Source of the DNA: Candidatus Heimdallarchaeota archaeon
GTDB lineage: Archaea > Asgardarchaeota > Heimdallarchaeia > Heimdallarchaeales > Heimdallarchaeaceae
Reading direction: 5' to 3'
Length of the DNA: 64,000 bases
Assembly: GCA_021399345.1 (NCBI GenBank)
Contig: JAAFKI010000154.1
Coordinates: 1-64,000 of the forward strand
Below are positions 50,394 to 59,319 of this stretch, in pieces. Position 1 is the first letter of the stretch, and every line of letters starts with the position of its first letter. The notes under the pieces were generated by a model that saw only the letters and a list, made by a program, of their open reading frames with translations, did not search any database and was not told the DNA's origin. Both the position numbers and the translations under genes were made by a program.

Positions 50394-52322
50394 ATGGTCA
50401 CACACACAGCAACCAACCTACAAGCTCTCCTTCCCAACACGTCAAAAGGAGTGATGAGAAGTTATCAGGTGGTGCTCAGATGTGCGGACCAAACCCAACG
50501 AGAAGAGATTAACCAGAGGATAAGAACACTAGAAAACCAGCAAGAACACTTACTCACCCCTCAAATTATCAAGCAAGCTGTGAATCTTTACCGAACTAAT
50601 CCGAAAGAAGAATTCTTCACTCGACAACTCTGTAAAACAGTGGGAAAAAGTCCGAATATAGCAGAAAGTGCCTTTCATTGGTTGTACATTGCCATCAAAG
50701 GTAAGATCAACAAGGAGAAGAAAGCACAAGGATTACTCAATTTCTTGTTGAAGAATCCCCAACAGTTAGTAGAATGGGTGATTTTTGGTCGGTCACCTTA
50801 TACTGAACGAAGCTTAGAAAATTATTGGAGATTGAAAAGGAGATATATCATTAACCTTCTTACCAGTACGAGAACTCAAACCGATTCTTATTGGAGAAAG
50901 AAGCATAAAACTAATTTTCATGCCCAGATCTTACAACTTAATACTCACCTTCCACACTGTACTCAATGTGAAGTACTTCAAGCTCTAGATGATGCCTTGT
51001 TCTATCATCAGCACGAATTCTCTCTCATCCCACAACTGACCAAGAATCAGCAAGCGTTTCTGAAGAAACTGCAACTTTTGAAAAAGGAACAGCACGTAGT
51101 TGTTCCTTTTCTCACCTCATGGATCAATAGTCCTCAAAATTCTCGATGGAAAAGTCTCAAAGAACTCTCAGAACAACTCACCATAATTATAGGTAAACCT
51201 TCCCGAAAACTCTTTTCTGTTGTTAGGCAGATAGTCGTTTTCACACTCTTTGATCATTACATGCAGAGTGTCCCTCAGTTAGTTCAGGTACTCCCTATAT
51301 CCAATGTTGTTCCCCCACCATTTAAACGAAAAAAGAAAGGAAGATTGCCAATAAAATTGTTAATGAAGAAAAATTATGTTATCACCCGCCAAGGGAATGC
51401 CCAAGAAGTAACAGATCAGATCAAGAAGCAAGGCTGGACCGAACTCGGTTTTCCGCAAAAAGGAAAACAAAAGTTAACTGCGCAAGTTCACTTTCCACCA
51501 AAAGTAGTAGAATATATTAAAAGTGGAGCACACATCAAAGTCCTTCAAGTAAGTAGTGGAAAAGCACCTAGGTTCAAACCTCGGGTGGATGTGGTTCTTG
51601 AAGGAGCACATGCTTGTTTCCATTCCTCTACACTTCTTCATCGTTATCTTAAAAAGATTTCAGCAAAGAAAACCTCTATCCTTGGACTAGATATTAACCG
51701 CCTAGGCCAATATATGATTGTGTTTAATGTCCCTGTATCACTCCCTCAAGATTTACTCAACTTGACAAAACAATATGAACATCTCAGTACAAAAGTTATC
51801 GACGAGCTGAACAGAGGGTTTCTCCGAAAACGAAAGGAGTATGATGCTCATGGAAGTTGTAAACTTAAAGGCGAACTCAATCGCGTCTATACTCGTCGTC
51901 ATAGACTCCTTAGAGAAATTGTCAGTCTTCTCCCTCACTTTCTCGCAGCAGTGCTGGTGAAAAAGAAATGCACAGTACTCAAGATTGAGCACCTCTCTAC
52001 AGACGCTACTGGCACCAAAGGCGCCTTAGCTAAAGCTATTTACACCATGCCCGATAGTTTGCTCATTTACAAGAAAGCGGTTTGGTTAGCTTCCCTAGAA
52101 TTAGGCTATGATATTCTCTTAAAAACTGTTCCTCCCTATCACACTAGTACTCGTCACTACAAGTGTGGAGGTACTGTTGTTCGTCAACCAGGACAATATG
52201 ACATAGCTCTATGTAAGAAGTGTAACCAACAGATTAATACACATAGTAATGCTGCTCACAATATCGCTTCCCTTCCAGGTACTCTCCTTCCTAATGATTC
52301 CTTCCCCTCACCGCACGTGTAG
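50394..52322 (+). CDS. tnpB: Large TnpB/Cas12-like RuvC plus zinc-finger protein
   Basis: RuvC-I GLDIN (D433), RuvC-II KIEHL (E532), HxxC...CxxC, RuvC-III NTHSNAAHNI. Confidence 0.85.
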   Translation: MVTHTATNLQALLPNTSKGVMRSYQVVLRCADQTQREEINQRIRTLENQQEHLLTPQIIKQAVNLYRTNPKEEFFTRQLCKTVGKSPNIAESAFHWLYIAIKGKINKEKKAQGLLNFLLKNPQQLVEWVIFGRSPYTERSLENYWRLKRRYIINLLTSTRTQTDSYWRKKHKTNFHAQILQLNTHLPHCTQCEVLQALDDALFYHQHEFSLIPQLTKNQQAFLKKLQLLKKEQHVVVPFLTSWINSPQNSRWKSLKELSEQLTIIIGKPSRKLFSVVRQIVVFTLFDHYMQSVPQLVQVLPISNVVPPPFKRKKKGRLPIKLLMKKNYVITRQGNAQEVTDQIKKQGWTELGFPQKGKQKLTAQVHFPPKVVEYIKSGAHIKVLQVSSGKAPRFKPRVDVVLEGAHACFHSSTLLHRYLKKISAKKTSILGLDINRLGQYMIVFNVPVSLPQDLLNLTKQYEHLSTKVIDELNRGFLRKRKEYDAHGSCKLKGELNRVYTRRHRLLREIVSLLPHFLAAVLVKKKCTVLKIEHLSTDATGTKGALAKAIYTMPDSLLIYKKAVWLASLELGYDILLKTVPPYHTSTRHYKCGGTVVRQPGQYDIALCKKCNQQINTHSNAAHNIASLPGTLLPNDSFPSPHV

Positions 52323-52342
52323 GGGACCCACACAAACGACGG

Positions 52343-52486
52343 TTAAACGCCCCCTGGCAAGTTTAACCAAGTTTCATAACGTGCGTTATAAAATTCAAAT
52401 TTCTTCTGCTCTGCTTTATTCTCTAAGGTATACTTCCAATCCTTCTCAACTTTCTCCATTCTTGCTTTAGTCTTATTTTCATTCAT
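52343..52486 (-). CDS. 47-aa protein abutting the IS right end (not in the ORF track)
   Basis: MNENKTKARMEKVEKDWKYTLENKAEQKKFEFYNARYETWLNLPGGV; AGGTGAT SD; TATA at 52586-52594. Confidence 0.55.
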   Translation of the reverse strand: MNENKTKARMEKVEKDWKYTLENKAEQKKFEFYNARYETWLNLPGGV

Positions 52487-52727
52487 TATCTATCACCTAT
52501 ACTACTCACTAATTCATCTAATTTCAGATGCTAGGCTCATGTCACCAGCAGTGACTTTCTCCCTGTATCCTACAAGTAAGCTAGATATAAAAACACCAAA
52601 AACAAATTGCGAAGAACTGTTGAAAGTTATACTAGTATTTTCTTAATTCTAGAAATTGTCAAAGAACAAGCATTAAAAATCAAATGTTCCCATTTTTACC
52701 ATCAAAAATAATTCTGAGCTGAAATCG

Positions 52728-53723
52728 ATGCCATACTTTTTACGAAAAATCTGGAATGACTCAATCTTTCAAGGTAAGAACAAAAAACGGAATTACTTTG
52801 AAGGATGGTATTTCAAAATAATAAATTCTACAAAAGATGAGATTTATGCAATTATTCCTGGGATTTCCTATGATAATAATGGAAATGGAATAGCTTTTGT
52901 TCAATTCTTTGATGGAATAAATGCAGAAACTACTTTCTTTGAATTCGATATCTCTGCGTTCAAGTTCTCAAAGAAGGAATTCGCTGTTGAAATCGGAGAA
53001 AACTATTTTAGCTCTGAAAAGATTAAACTCAGTCTATCTTCAGAGGGAAAAAAAGTGGAAGGAGAGATTGGAATAGGAGAATTAGTACCTTGGTCTAAGA
53101 AGAAGTTATCTTTAGGTGTAATGGGTTGGTATAAGCTAGTTCCATTTATGGAATGCTATCACGGCGTTCTAGGTTTTGATCATTCTATTGAAGGAGAACT
53201 TTCAGTAGATGGAAAGAAAATCGATTTCACAAATGGCAAGGGGTATATGGAAAAAGATTATGGTAAAAGCTTTCCTCACTATTATATCTGGATGCAATCA
53301 AATACTTTCGATAAAGAAGGTGTTTCTCTCATGGCTTCATATGCAAAAATACCTTGGTTAGGTAATTCTTTTGATGGCTATCTAGTAGGTTTTAGACACA
53401 ATAAAGAACTATACAGATTTACAAATTATACTGGAGCAGAAGTTACCAAACTTCAACTAAAAGAAAAGGAGATTATACTTCATGTCACTGATAAGAAGTA
53501 TAGGGTTGAAATAACGGCTTTTAAATCCAAAGCAGTTAATCTTCATTCTCCAATTGATGGTTCTATGGTCGGAAGAATTTTGGAAAGCAATACTTCTGAA
53601 CTTAAAGTTCGTTTAATCAAGCTCAGTAAAAAAGAGGGAGAAAGTATACTTTTTGAGGGAACTGGCAAAAATGCAGGTCTAGACATAGGTGGAAGGGTTG
53701 AAGAAATAAAGGAAATTTATTGA
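52728..53723 (+). CDS. Tocopherol cyclase-family protein
   Basis: YFEGWYFK, MGW...PFMECYHG, GY.EKDYG.SFP..YIWMQSN. Confidence 0.9.
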   Translation: MPYFLRKIWNDSIFQGKNKKRNYFEGWYFKIINSTKDEIYAIIPGISYDNNGNGIAFVQFFDGINAETTFFEFDISAFKFSKKEFAVEIGENYFSSEKIKLSLSSEGKKVEGEIGIGELVPWSKKKLSLGVMGWYKLVPFMECYHGVLGFDHSIEGELSVDGKKIDFTNGKGYMEKDYGKSFPHYYIWMQSNTFDKEGVSLMASYAKIPWLGNSFDGYLVGFRHNKELYRFTNYTGAEVTKLQLKEKEIILHVTDKKYRVEITAFKSKAVNLHSPIDGSMVGRILESNTSELKVRLIKLSKKEGESILFEGTGKNAGLDIGGRVEEIKEIY

Positions 53724-53747
53724 AAACCTATCTTTTACCATAGAAAT

Positions 53748-54539
53748 TTAAATAGTTTTTATTGTATAGATAGCAGATAATGCTGCTAGCCAACTCGTTT
53801 TTGGGTTGGTTGGTGAAGGGTTGTTCTCGAAAAGGAAATTATATTTTCCAACTTCAGATTCAATTTCGATTGCATGAATGTTTTTTGAAATCGATGGATC
53901 AGCGATTATTTCAACTAATGTTTTTTCAGGACCTAATGTTGAGAGAGCTAAGCGTGCAGCAACATTAATACTCCTTGGAAAATATGTAGCGGCTAGTTTA
54001 GCATTTCCTTTGAATATGACCACTGGTGAATGTTCGTTTAATTTGATGTTGTTTGATTCAATATAGCTGTTGTTCCTAAAGGCTCTGTTTGGTTTTCTAG
54101 TTTGGAGCTTAGCAGATTTTATGCCTACTAAGTTAATTGTTTCTACACTATCAAATCCACCAATAGCACCAGAGGGAAGAATAATGTTCTTTTTCTTTAT
54201 TTCAGTTAATTTTTGGTATTTAGAAAATAAACCAGGGAAAGATACGAAAGCACCAATACTCATAGGAACGAAATATTTGCCACTTCTTATTATTTCATCA
54301 AATACTTCAGCTACTACTTGTTGAACTGCACATTCTACAACAATATCACAATCTTGGAAATCAGTTACATGTTGCATTAGTCTGATTGAAGGATGTTTTT
54401 CAGCAACATCTTTCATTTTTACATCGTCAATATCATATACAGCTTGGATGGTCAGATTTTCATTTGCTTCTTCACTTACAGCATTCAGAATAGTAGTTCC
54501 TATGTATCCCAGTCCTATTAATCCTATCTTTTTTGTCAA
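53748..54539 (-). CDS. nadX: L-aspartate dehydrogenase
   Basis: GLGYIG, VVECA, SGAIGG.D, FP.SINVA, NPKTS.LAALS. Confidence 0.9.
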   Translation of the reverse strand: MTKKIGLIGLGYIGTTILNAVSEEANENLTIQAVYDIDDVKMKDVAEKHPSIRLMQHVTDFQDCDIVVECAVQQVVAEVFDEIIRSGKYFVPMSIGAFVSFPGLFSKYQKLTEIKKKNIILPSGAIGGFDSVETINLVGIKSAKLQTRKPNRAFRNNSYIESNNIKLNEHSPVVIFKGNAKLAATYFPRSINVAARLALSTLGPEKTLVEIIADPSISKNIHAIEIESEVGKYNFLFENNPSPTNPKTSWLAALSAIYTIKTI

Positions 54540-54558
54540 TGAATCATGCTCCTGAACA

Positions 54559-55542
54559 TTATCTAATACTCTCGTAATCAGCTACCCAGTCAGATGCTTC
54601 GTTTAATCTCTTTATTTCGTCTTCATCTAGTTTAACTTCTAAAGAAGCAACATTTTCTTCTAATTGCTCAACTGAATTAGCACCGATAATTGGGGCTGTT
54701 ATGAAGTCCTTTGCTAGTATCCAAGCAATTGCAACTTGTGTCATCTTAACTTCCTTGCTCTTAGCAATTTCCTTTACTGTGTCATGTATTTTCCATCTCT
54801 TTTCAGTAAAGTATCTCTTCTGTGCCCCTTCACTTCTTGGAGTATCTGGAAGAGGACCATCAGAAGAATACCTGTCTGTTAGGAAACCACCAGCTAGAGG
54901 ACTATAAGGAATGACACCAAGGCCAAATTTCTTGATTACATGTTCCATTTGATGTTCAACAAGCATTCTTCTGACAATACTGTAGGGTGGTTGAACTGTT
55001 TCAAAACGAGCATATCCATTCTTTTCGCTTACCCAGAAGGATTCTACCAACATCCAAGGATGTATATTTGATGCCCCTATGTAGTTTACTATTCCTTTTT
55101 CTACAAGTAGATTCATTGCATGTAATGTTTCTTCAATAGGTGTATCATTATCAAAACTATGAATCTGATAAAGGTCAATCCAATCAGTTTGCAATCTCTT
55201 AAGACTATTAGTAATTGCTTGATGTACGTGTCTTCGTGATAATCCTCGATCATTAATATCGTCAGACATGGCACCTCGAAGTTTAGTTGCAAGAATTAAA
55301 TCATCTCTTGTACTCCTATCATTTAACCATCTTCCAATTATTTCTTCAGTTTTACCTGCATGGCTGTTTTCAGCCCAGTAACTGTAAACATCTGCAGTAT
55401 CAAAACAATTGATACCTAATTCTAGAGCCCTATCCATTATCTTAAATGACTCTTCTTCGTCTACTCTCCATCCCATTTGCATAGTGCCTAGAACAATAGG
55501 TGATACTTTTATCCCTGTTGTTCCCAATCTTCTGTATTCCAT
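54559..55542 (-). CDS. Aldo/keto reductase
   Basis: DTADVY, ATK, IDLYQIH, PYSPLAGG. Confidence 0.95.
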   Translation of the reverse strand: MEYRRLGTTGIKVSPIVLGTMQMGWRVDEEESFKIMDRALELGINCFDTADVYSYWAENSHAGKTEEIIGRWLNDRSTRDDLILATKLRGAMSDDINDRGLSRRHVHQAITNSLKRLQTDWIDLYQIHSFDNDTPIEETLHAMNLLVEKGIVNYIGASNIHPWMLVESFWVSEKNGYARFETVQPPYSIVRRMLVEHQMEHVIKKFGLGVIPYSPLAGGFLTDRYSSDGPLPDTPRSEGAQKRYFTEKRWKIHDTVKEIAKSKEVKMTQVAIAWILAKDFITAPIIGANSVEQLEENVASLEVKLDEDEIKRLNEASDWVADYESIR

Positions 55543-55586
55543 AATGAAAGTTAATACAAGTTAGTTAAAAGAATTGTTTTTCTCTC

Positions 55587-55859
55587 TTAAATAGAGAATA
55601 TTTTTTTAATTGTAACTAGAATCTTTGTTAGAAGAGTTTCTTGCTTTTCTCCTTTTACTGCTTCTTTTGCCCAGTAATCTTGTCTATCGTGAACTAATCT
55701 GTGTTCACCTTTACAATGTGGGTGTAATGGCATTTTACATTTATTACAGATCGCCCAAGTTGCACCACAGGTCTTCTTTCCAGAATCTAAAGATTTTCCA
55801 CAATGCCCACATTTTCCCATTAACGGCATAGGTGGATATGCACAACAAACACTTATCAA
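55587..55859 (-). CDS. Small Cys/His-rich zinc-finger-like protein
   Basis: CGHC, C, CNKC..LHPHC...H...H. Confidence 0.55.
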   Translation of the reverse strand: MISVCCAYPPMPLMGKCGHCGKSLDSGKKTCGATWAICNKCKMPLHPHCKGEHRLVHDRQDYWAKEAVKGEKQETLLTKILVTIKKIFSI

Positions 55860-55872
55860 TATAGCGCAGATA

Positions 55873-56364
55873 TTAGAGGTTTATTATCACATCTTTTGCT
55901 CTCTTTCCGCTCATGTATTCAATATCGATTTTTCCTACAGCAACTCTAGAAATAGATTTCTCAGTTAATTGTGCCTTTTCAACTTCTTCTGGTTTATTAT
56001 CTAGTTTCCTTATCATGGCTTGTAAAGCAGTTTTCTTCTCCTCAAAATCTTCAATGAAAGTAACTTTTCCTTTGAATTGAGTTGTAGCATAAAGATGATC
56101 ACAAGAACCTTGAACGTAGCCTTCATCCATAAGTGCTTGGCCCCAAATATTGTTGTTGTTCTTAAGAATATCAATTTTCTTCCCCTCACTGGCACAATGG
56201 AAGTAAATACGATGTTGCTCAGGGTCATATCCATGACTTAAGGTCACTAAATAGGGAACATTGTCTTCACACATAGCAATAGTTATGTGTTTAACTGTTT
56301 GGAGAATGTATTTCATCTCTTCAATACTCTCTATTGCTTTTTCTTTACGTCTCATACCTCTCAT
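55873..56364 (-). CDS. Pyridoxamine 5'-phosphate oxidase-like (NimA) flavin-binding protein
   Basis: MRRKEK, PY.V, YFHCA.EG.K, MSGK. Confidence 0.9.
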   Translation of the reverse strand: MRGMRRKEKAIESIEEMKYILQTVKHITIAMCEDNVPYLVTLSHGYDPEQHRIYFHCASEGKKIDILKNNNNIWGQALMDEGYVQGSCDHLYATTQFKGKVTFIEDFEEKKTALQAMIRKLDNKPEEVEKAQLTEKSISRVAVGKIDIEYMSGKRAKDVIINL

Positions 56365-56428
56365 TTGAGTATCACTTGAAGAAAAAAATCTTCATACGTT
56401 ATATCTTTTTGGTAAAGGAGAAGAAAGT

Positions 56429-56504
56429 GAAGCTAGCAAGAGAAATGAAGGGGTGGAAGCAATGCGGAGGTGAAAATCACCAGGCAGATATATTAGCTAG
56501 CTTC
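56429..56504 (-). ncRNA. Putative small RNA copy B (GAAGCUAGC-stem family)
   Basis: Perfect GAAGCTAGC/GCTAGCTTC stem; TATA-like at 56526-56534, same spacing as copy A. Confidence 0.55.
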
Positions 56505-56588
56505 AGAATAAATACTGGTTTTATGCTTAAAAACCTAAAAAGAAGAATTGCTAATTAAAGGCAATGAATAATTTGAAGAAAGAAAAAT

Positions 56589-56677
56589 TGGAGCCCAGAG
56601 CGTGACTTGAACACGCGACAACAGGATTTCTGAGAATTCTCTTCAGTCCTGCGCTCTCCCAGCTAAGCTATCTGGGC
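56589..56677 (-). tRNA. tRNA-Phe(GAA) with a 13-nt intron (56628-56640), CCA encoded
   Basis: CAGGA-CTGAAG[AGAATTCTCAGAA]A-TCCTG; CTGA/TCAG central helix with 3-nt bulges (BHB-type) at position 37/38. Confidence 0.93.
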
Positions 56678-56797
56678 ATCCTTGTTATATCCTTTTTGTT
56701 CTTCTTCCCAATAAAAGTTTTTTGTTTCGTTTCTTTGTTTTTTTGTGAATGCTAACATATAATAATACCCAAGATTGACTTGATTTGATGATATATT

Positions 56798-57361
56798 ATG
56801 TCACAAGATCGTTATTATTCAAAAAAAGACTATAAAGGAGATTATTCTGCTTTTGGTACTGCTTTGGTTTTTACAATTGTTGGTATTGTGTCACTTGTTC
56901 TGAAGTACGCTGCCCCTGCCCATGATTTTTGGGGAATATCTAACTGGGGGTATTGGATGTTTATACCTGCCTTCTTCATTTTTATTGGAGCAATTAGTCA
57001 TGTTGATGCTGATCGAAGGATGAGAAACAACGTTCTTGCATCTGTTCAGAATCGTAGTGGTGCAGTAAAAATAGAAAACTTGGCCTCTGAAGCAGGAGTC
57101 AAACCACAACAAATTCTACGAATTCTAGTTGATTTACGTGTAAGAAATAACATTAAGTATAGTTATGATGCTAATACAGGAGAGATTCTGTTAGGAGAAA
57201 CAGTTTCATACGATAAAGCTCTTGAATTTGTTGCTCCCTTACCTAAGAAACAAGCTGAAGTTATCTTTCCCTCTGAAAAGGGAAGTTACTGTCCTTACTG
57301 TGGTCACAAACCTCCTGAAGGGTCTAAGTTCTGCGAAAGCTGCGGCTCTAACCTTGCTTAA
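56798..57361 (+). CDS. 2-TM protein with a winged-helix-like domain and C-terminal zinc ribbon
   Basis: Two TM helices; VKIENLASEAG helix; CPYCG...FCESCG. Confidence 0.8.
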   Translation: MSQDRYYSKKDYKGDYSAFGTALVFTIVGIVSLVLKYAAPAHDFWGISNWGYWMFIPAFFIFIGAISHVDADRRMRNNVLASVQNRSGAVKIENLASEAGVKPQQILRILVDLRVRNNIKYSYDANTGEILLGETVSYDKALEFVAPLPKKQAEVIFPSEKGSYCPYCGHKPPEGSKFCESCGSNLA

Positions 57362-57383
57362 AACTCCTTTTTCTTCATTTTTT

Positions 57384-58316
57384 TTATTTGTGGAAAGTTA
57401 AATGAACAACATCGTTATCATGTAGTTCGTAAGTTATTCCAACCCTTTTTTTTCTTCCAGTTGGACCACCTTCAAGGATTACAGCATCTTTGAATATGTC
57501 TATTTTGCTTTTACTTATTTTGTTTACAACATCTTCAACTATCACTGTATCGTTGAAAAACACTACAGGTTGATCTTGAATTTCATTAAATGAGTTCATA
57601 GTGAATATCCTTATTGGTTTGCTAATTTCAAACATGGTTTTCTTTATTTCATCAAGATTATTAACAAACACATTCTTCAAATTGTTATAGGATATAAGGC
57701 CTAAATTTTCCTTTTTTACCAAAAAAGTTGGAATTCTTCTTGGACTGGTTTGAGCAAAACCATCACCCAACCTTTTCTCGATTAATTCAATATTCTGCTC
57801 CTCTAACTCAGATAACACTATTGTAAAATCTTCAAAAGATTTACCTAGAATTAATAGGCAATCTGTAGAGTGTACTAACGCTAGAGTCGATTTGTCGTAA
57901 ATCCAACCTCCTTCGCTTATTGCAGGAAGCTCTACAAGTTGGAATTTTATTCCTTCATATTCTAAGGCACCATATTGTGGTTCTGTTGTAGTGTATTCAT
58001 AGTCTCCTACAGGGATTTCAGTGCCGCATAGATTGTTAATCAAAGTACTTTTACCACTATTTGTTGTACCTATTACAAGGATTTGCGGTGTTTCTTTTTT
58101 GGTTTTAGTGCTTTTTCGGGAAGCTTTTTTTGCTTGTTCTACTATCTCGATTTCATTTAATTCGCGTCTTAGTTTATCCTTTATTTTCCTATAGTCTCCT
58201 ACATCCCATTGTATTTCCTTTAGTATTTTTCTGATTTCTTTTGCTCTTTCTTCCCCTACTTTTCCTTTTAGAGCATCGTTTATTTCTTCATTAATTACGC
58301 TATAGGGTTTAGGCAT
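57384..58316 (-). CDS. DRG/OBG-family GTPase-like protein with TGS domain
   Basis: GTTNSGKST, YEYTT, C-terminal VG..YELHDNDVV; ATG at 58316 preferred (ORF track starts 58379). Confidence 0.85.
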   Translation of the reverse strand: MPKPYSVINEEINDALKGKVGEERAKEIRKILKEIQWDVGDYRKIKDKLRRELNEIEIVEQAKKASRKSTKTKKETPQILVIGTTNSGKSTLINNLCGTEIPVGDYEYTTTEPQYGALEYEGIKFQLVELPAISEGGWIYDKSTLALVHSTDCLLILGKSFEDFTIVLSELEEQNIELIEKRLGDGFAQTSPRRIPTFLVKKENLGLISYNNLKNVFVNNLDEIKKTMFEISKPIRIFTMNSFNEIQDQPVVFFNDTVIVEDVVNKISKSKIDIFKDAVILEGGPTGRKKRVGITYELHDNDVVHLTFHK

Positions 58317-58362
58317 TGTCCACGACCTGTTTTCATTTTGATATGTCTTGTTTGAGTGCTTA

Positions 58363-59235
58363 TTAACTTTCTTTCTCAATAGCTTTTGATACTAATCTTC
58401 CACTCAATTCCCAGAGATAATCTTGATTTTCTATAACTTTAGTCATTTTTGCAGTTTTTGTTTCCTTGCAGTCAGTAAGATATTTTCCAGTTACACCTTC
58501 TAAATCATTTGAAGCAGCTGCATAAACTGAAGTCTCTGCACCTTGTTCAGGAGTTCGACGATTAGGTATTAGATTCGACATTGTATTCATCCATTTTGGA
58601 AGTCCTTCTGTTGTCAATTGTGTCTTAATATGTCCCGGATTTACTGTAAATGCTGATACTCCCGTTCCTTCTAATTCTCTTACTAACTTATTGGTAAAAA
58701 GAACCATAGCTGTTTTAGAATTACTATAGGCTTGTTGTCCACTATATCTTTTTTCCAGTAATGGATCTTTCAATTTTATTTTGAAGAATTTGTGTATATC
58801 AGAAGAGAGATTTACAATCCTAGAGGGAGAACTCTTCCTCAACAACGGAAGCAAAAGCTTGGTTAGATAGAAGTGAGCTAAATAATTTACTGCAAAAGTG
58901 AGTTCAAATCCATCCTCAGTTACAGTTCTCTTCATTCGGAAAACTCCCGCATTATTTATCAGAACATGTAAACTTGAGTATTTCTTTAGAAACTCATCAG
59001 TAAACTGTTTTACTTCATTTAATGATGATAAATCACAGATTAGAAGATCAACATTCTGATTATTAGTTTTTTGAATAATTTCCTTACGAGCTGCTTCTCC
59101 TTTTTCTAGATTACGACAAACCATTACTAAATGAGCTCCTAGAGCAGCTATCTTTCTTGCTGTTTCTTTTCCAATACCTGTATTTGCTCCAGTTATCATG
59201 CAAGTTTTCCCATTTATCCAAGAGTTATTCGGCAC
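58363..59235 (-). CDS. SDR, retinol-dehydrogenase-like
   Basis: TGANTGIG, NNAG, YSNSK. Confidence 0.93.
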   Translation of the reverse strand: MPNNSWINGKTCMITGANTGIGKETARKIAALGAHLVMVCRNLEKGEAARKEIIQKTNNQNVDLLICDLSSLNEVKQFTDEFLKKYSSLHVLINNAGVFRMKRTVTEDGFELTFAVNYLAHFYLTKLLLPLLRKSSPSRIVNLSSDIHKFFKIKLKDPLLEKRYSGQQAYSNSKTAMVLFTNKLVRELEGTGVSAFTVNPGHIKTQLTTEGLPKWMNTMSNLIPNRRTPEQGAETSVYAAASNDLEGVTGKYLTDCKETKTAKMTKVIENQDYLWELSGRLVSKAIEKES

Positions 59236-59319
59236 AATATCACATCATAAAATGTTTCTGTACATTTATACCTATACGTTCAAGTAAAAACTTTATCCGA
59301 ATCTTTTATTAATAACTCA

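Larger units (their letters stand above)
50136..52351 (+). mobile_element. Non-autonomous IS607-family element (tnpA remnant plus large tnpB); boundaries approximate
   Basis: tnpA C-terminal remnant, tnpB, visibly higher GC than the flanks, CC dinucleotide and inverted TTTRACCGT at both ends. Confidence 0.7.

Noticed and set aside
50136-52730. CRISPR array associated with the Cas12-like protein
   Set aside because: No repeat-spacer array or cas genes seen in the window; context is IS607
56334-56558. 74-aa ORF spanning sRNA copy B
   Set aside because: Weak start, overlaps the start of the divergent gene, and has no equivalent at copies A or C
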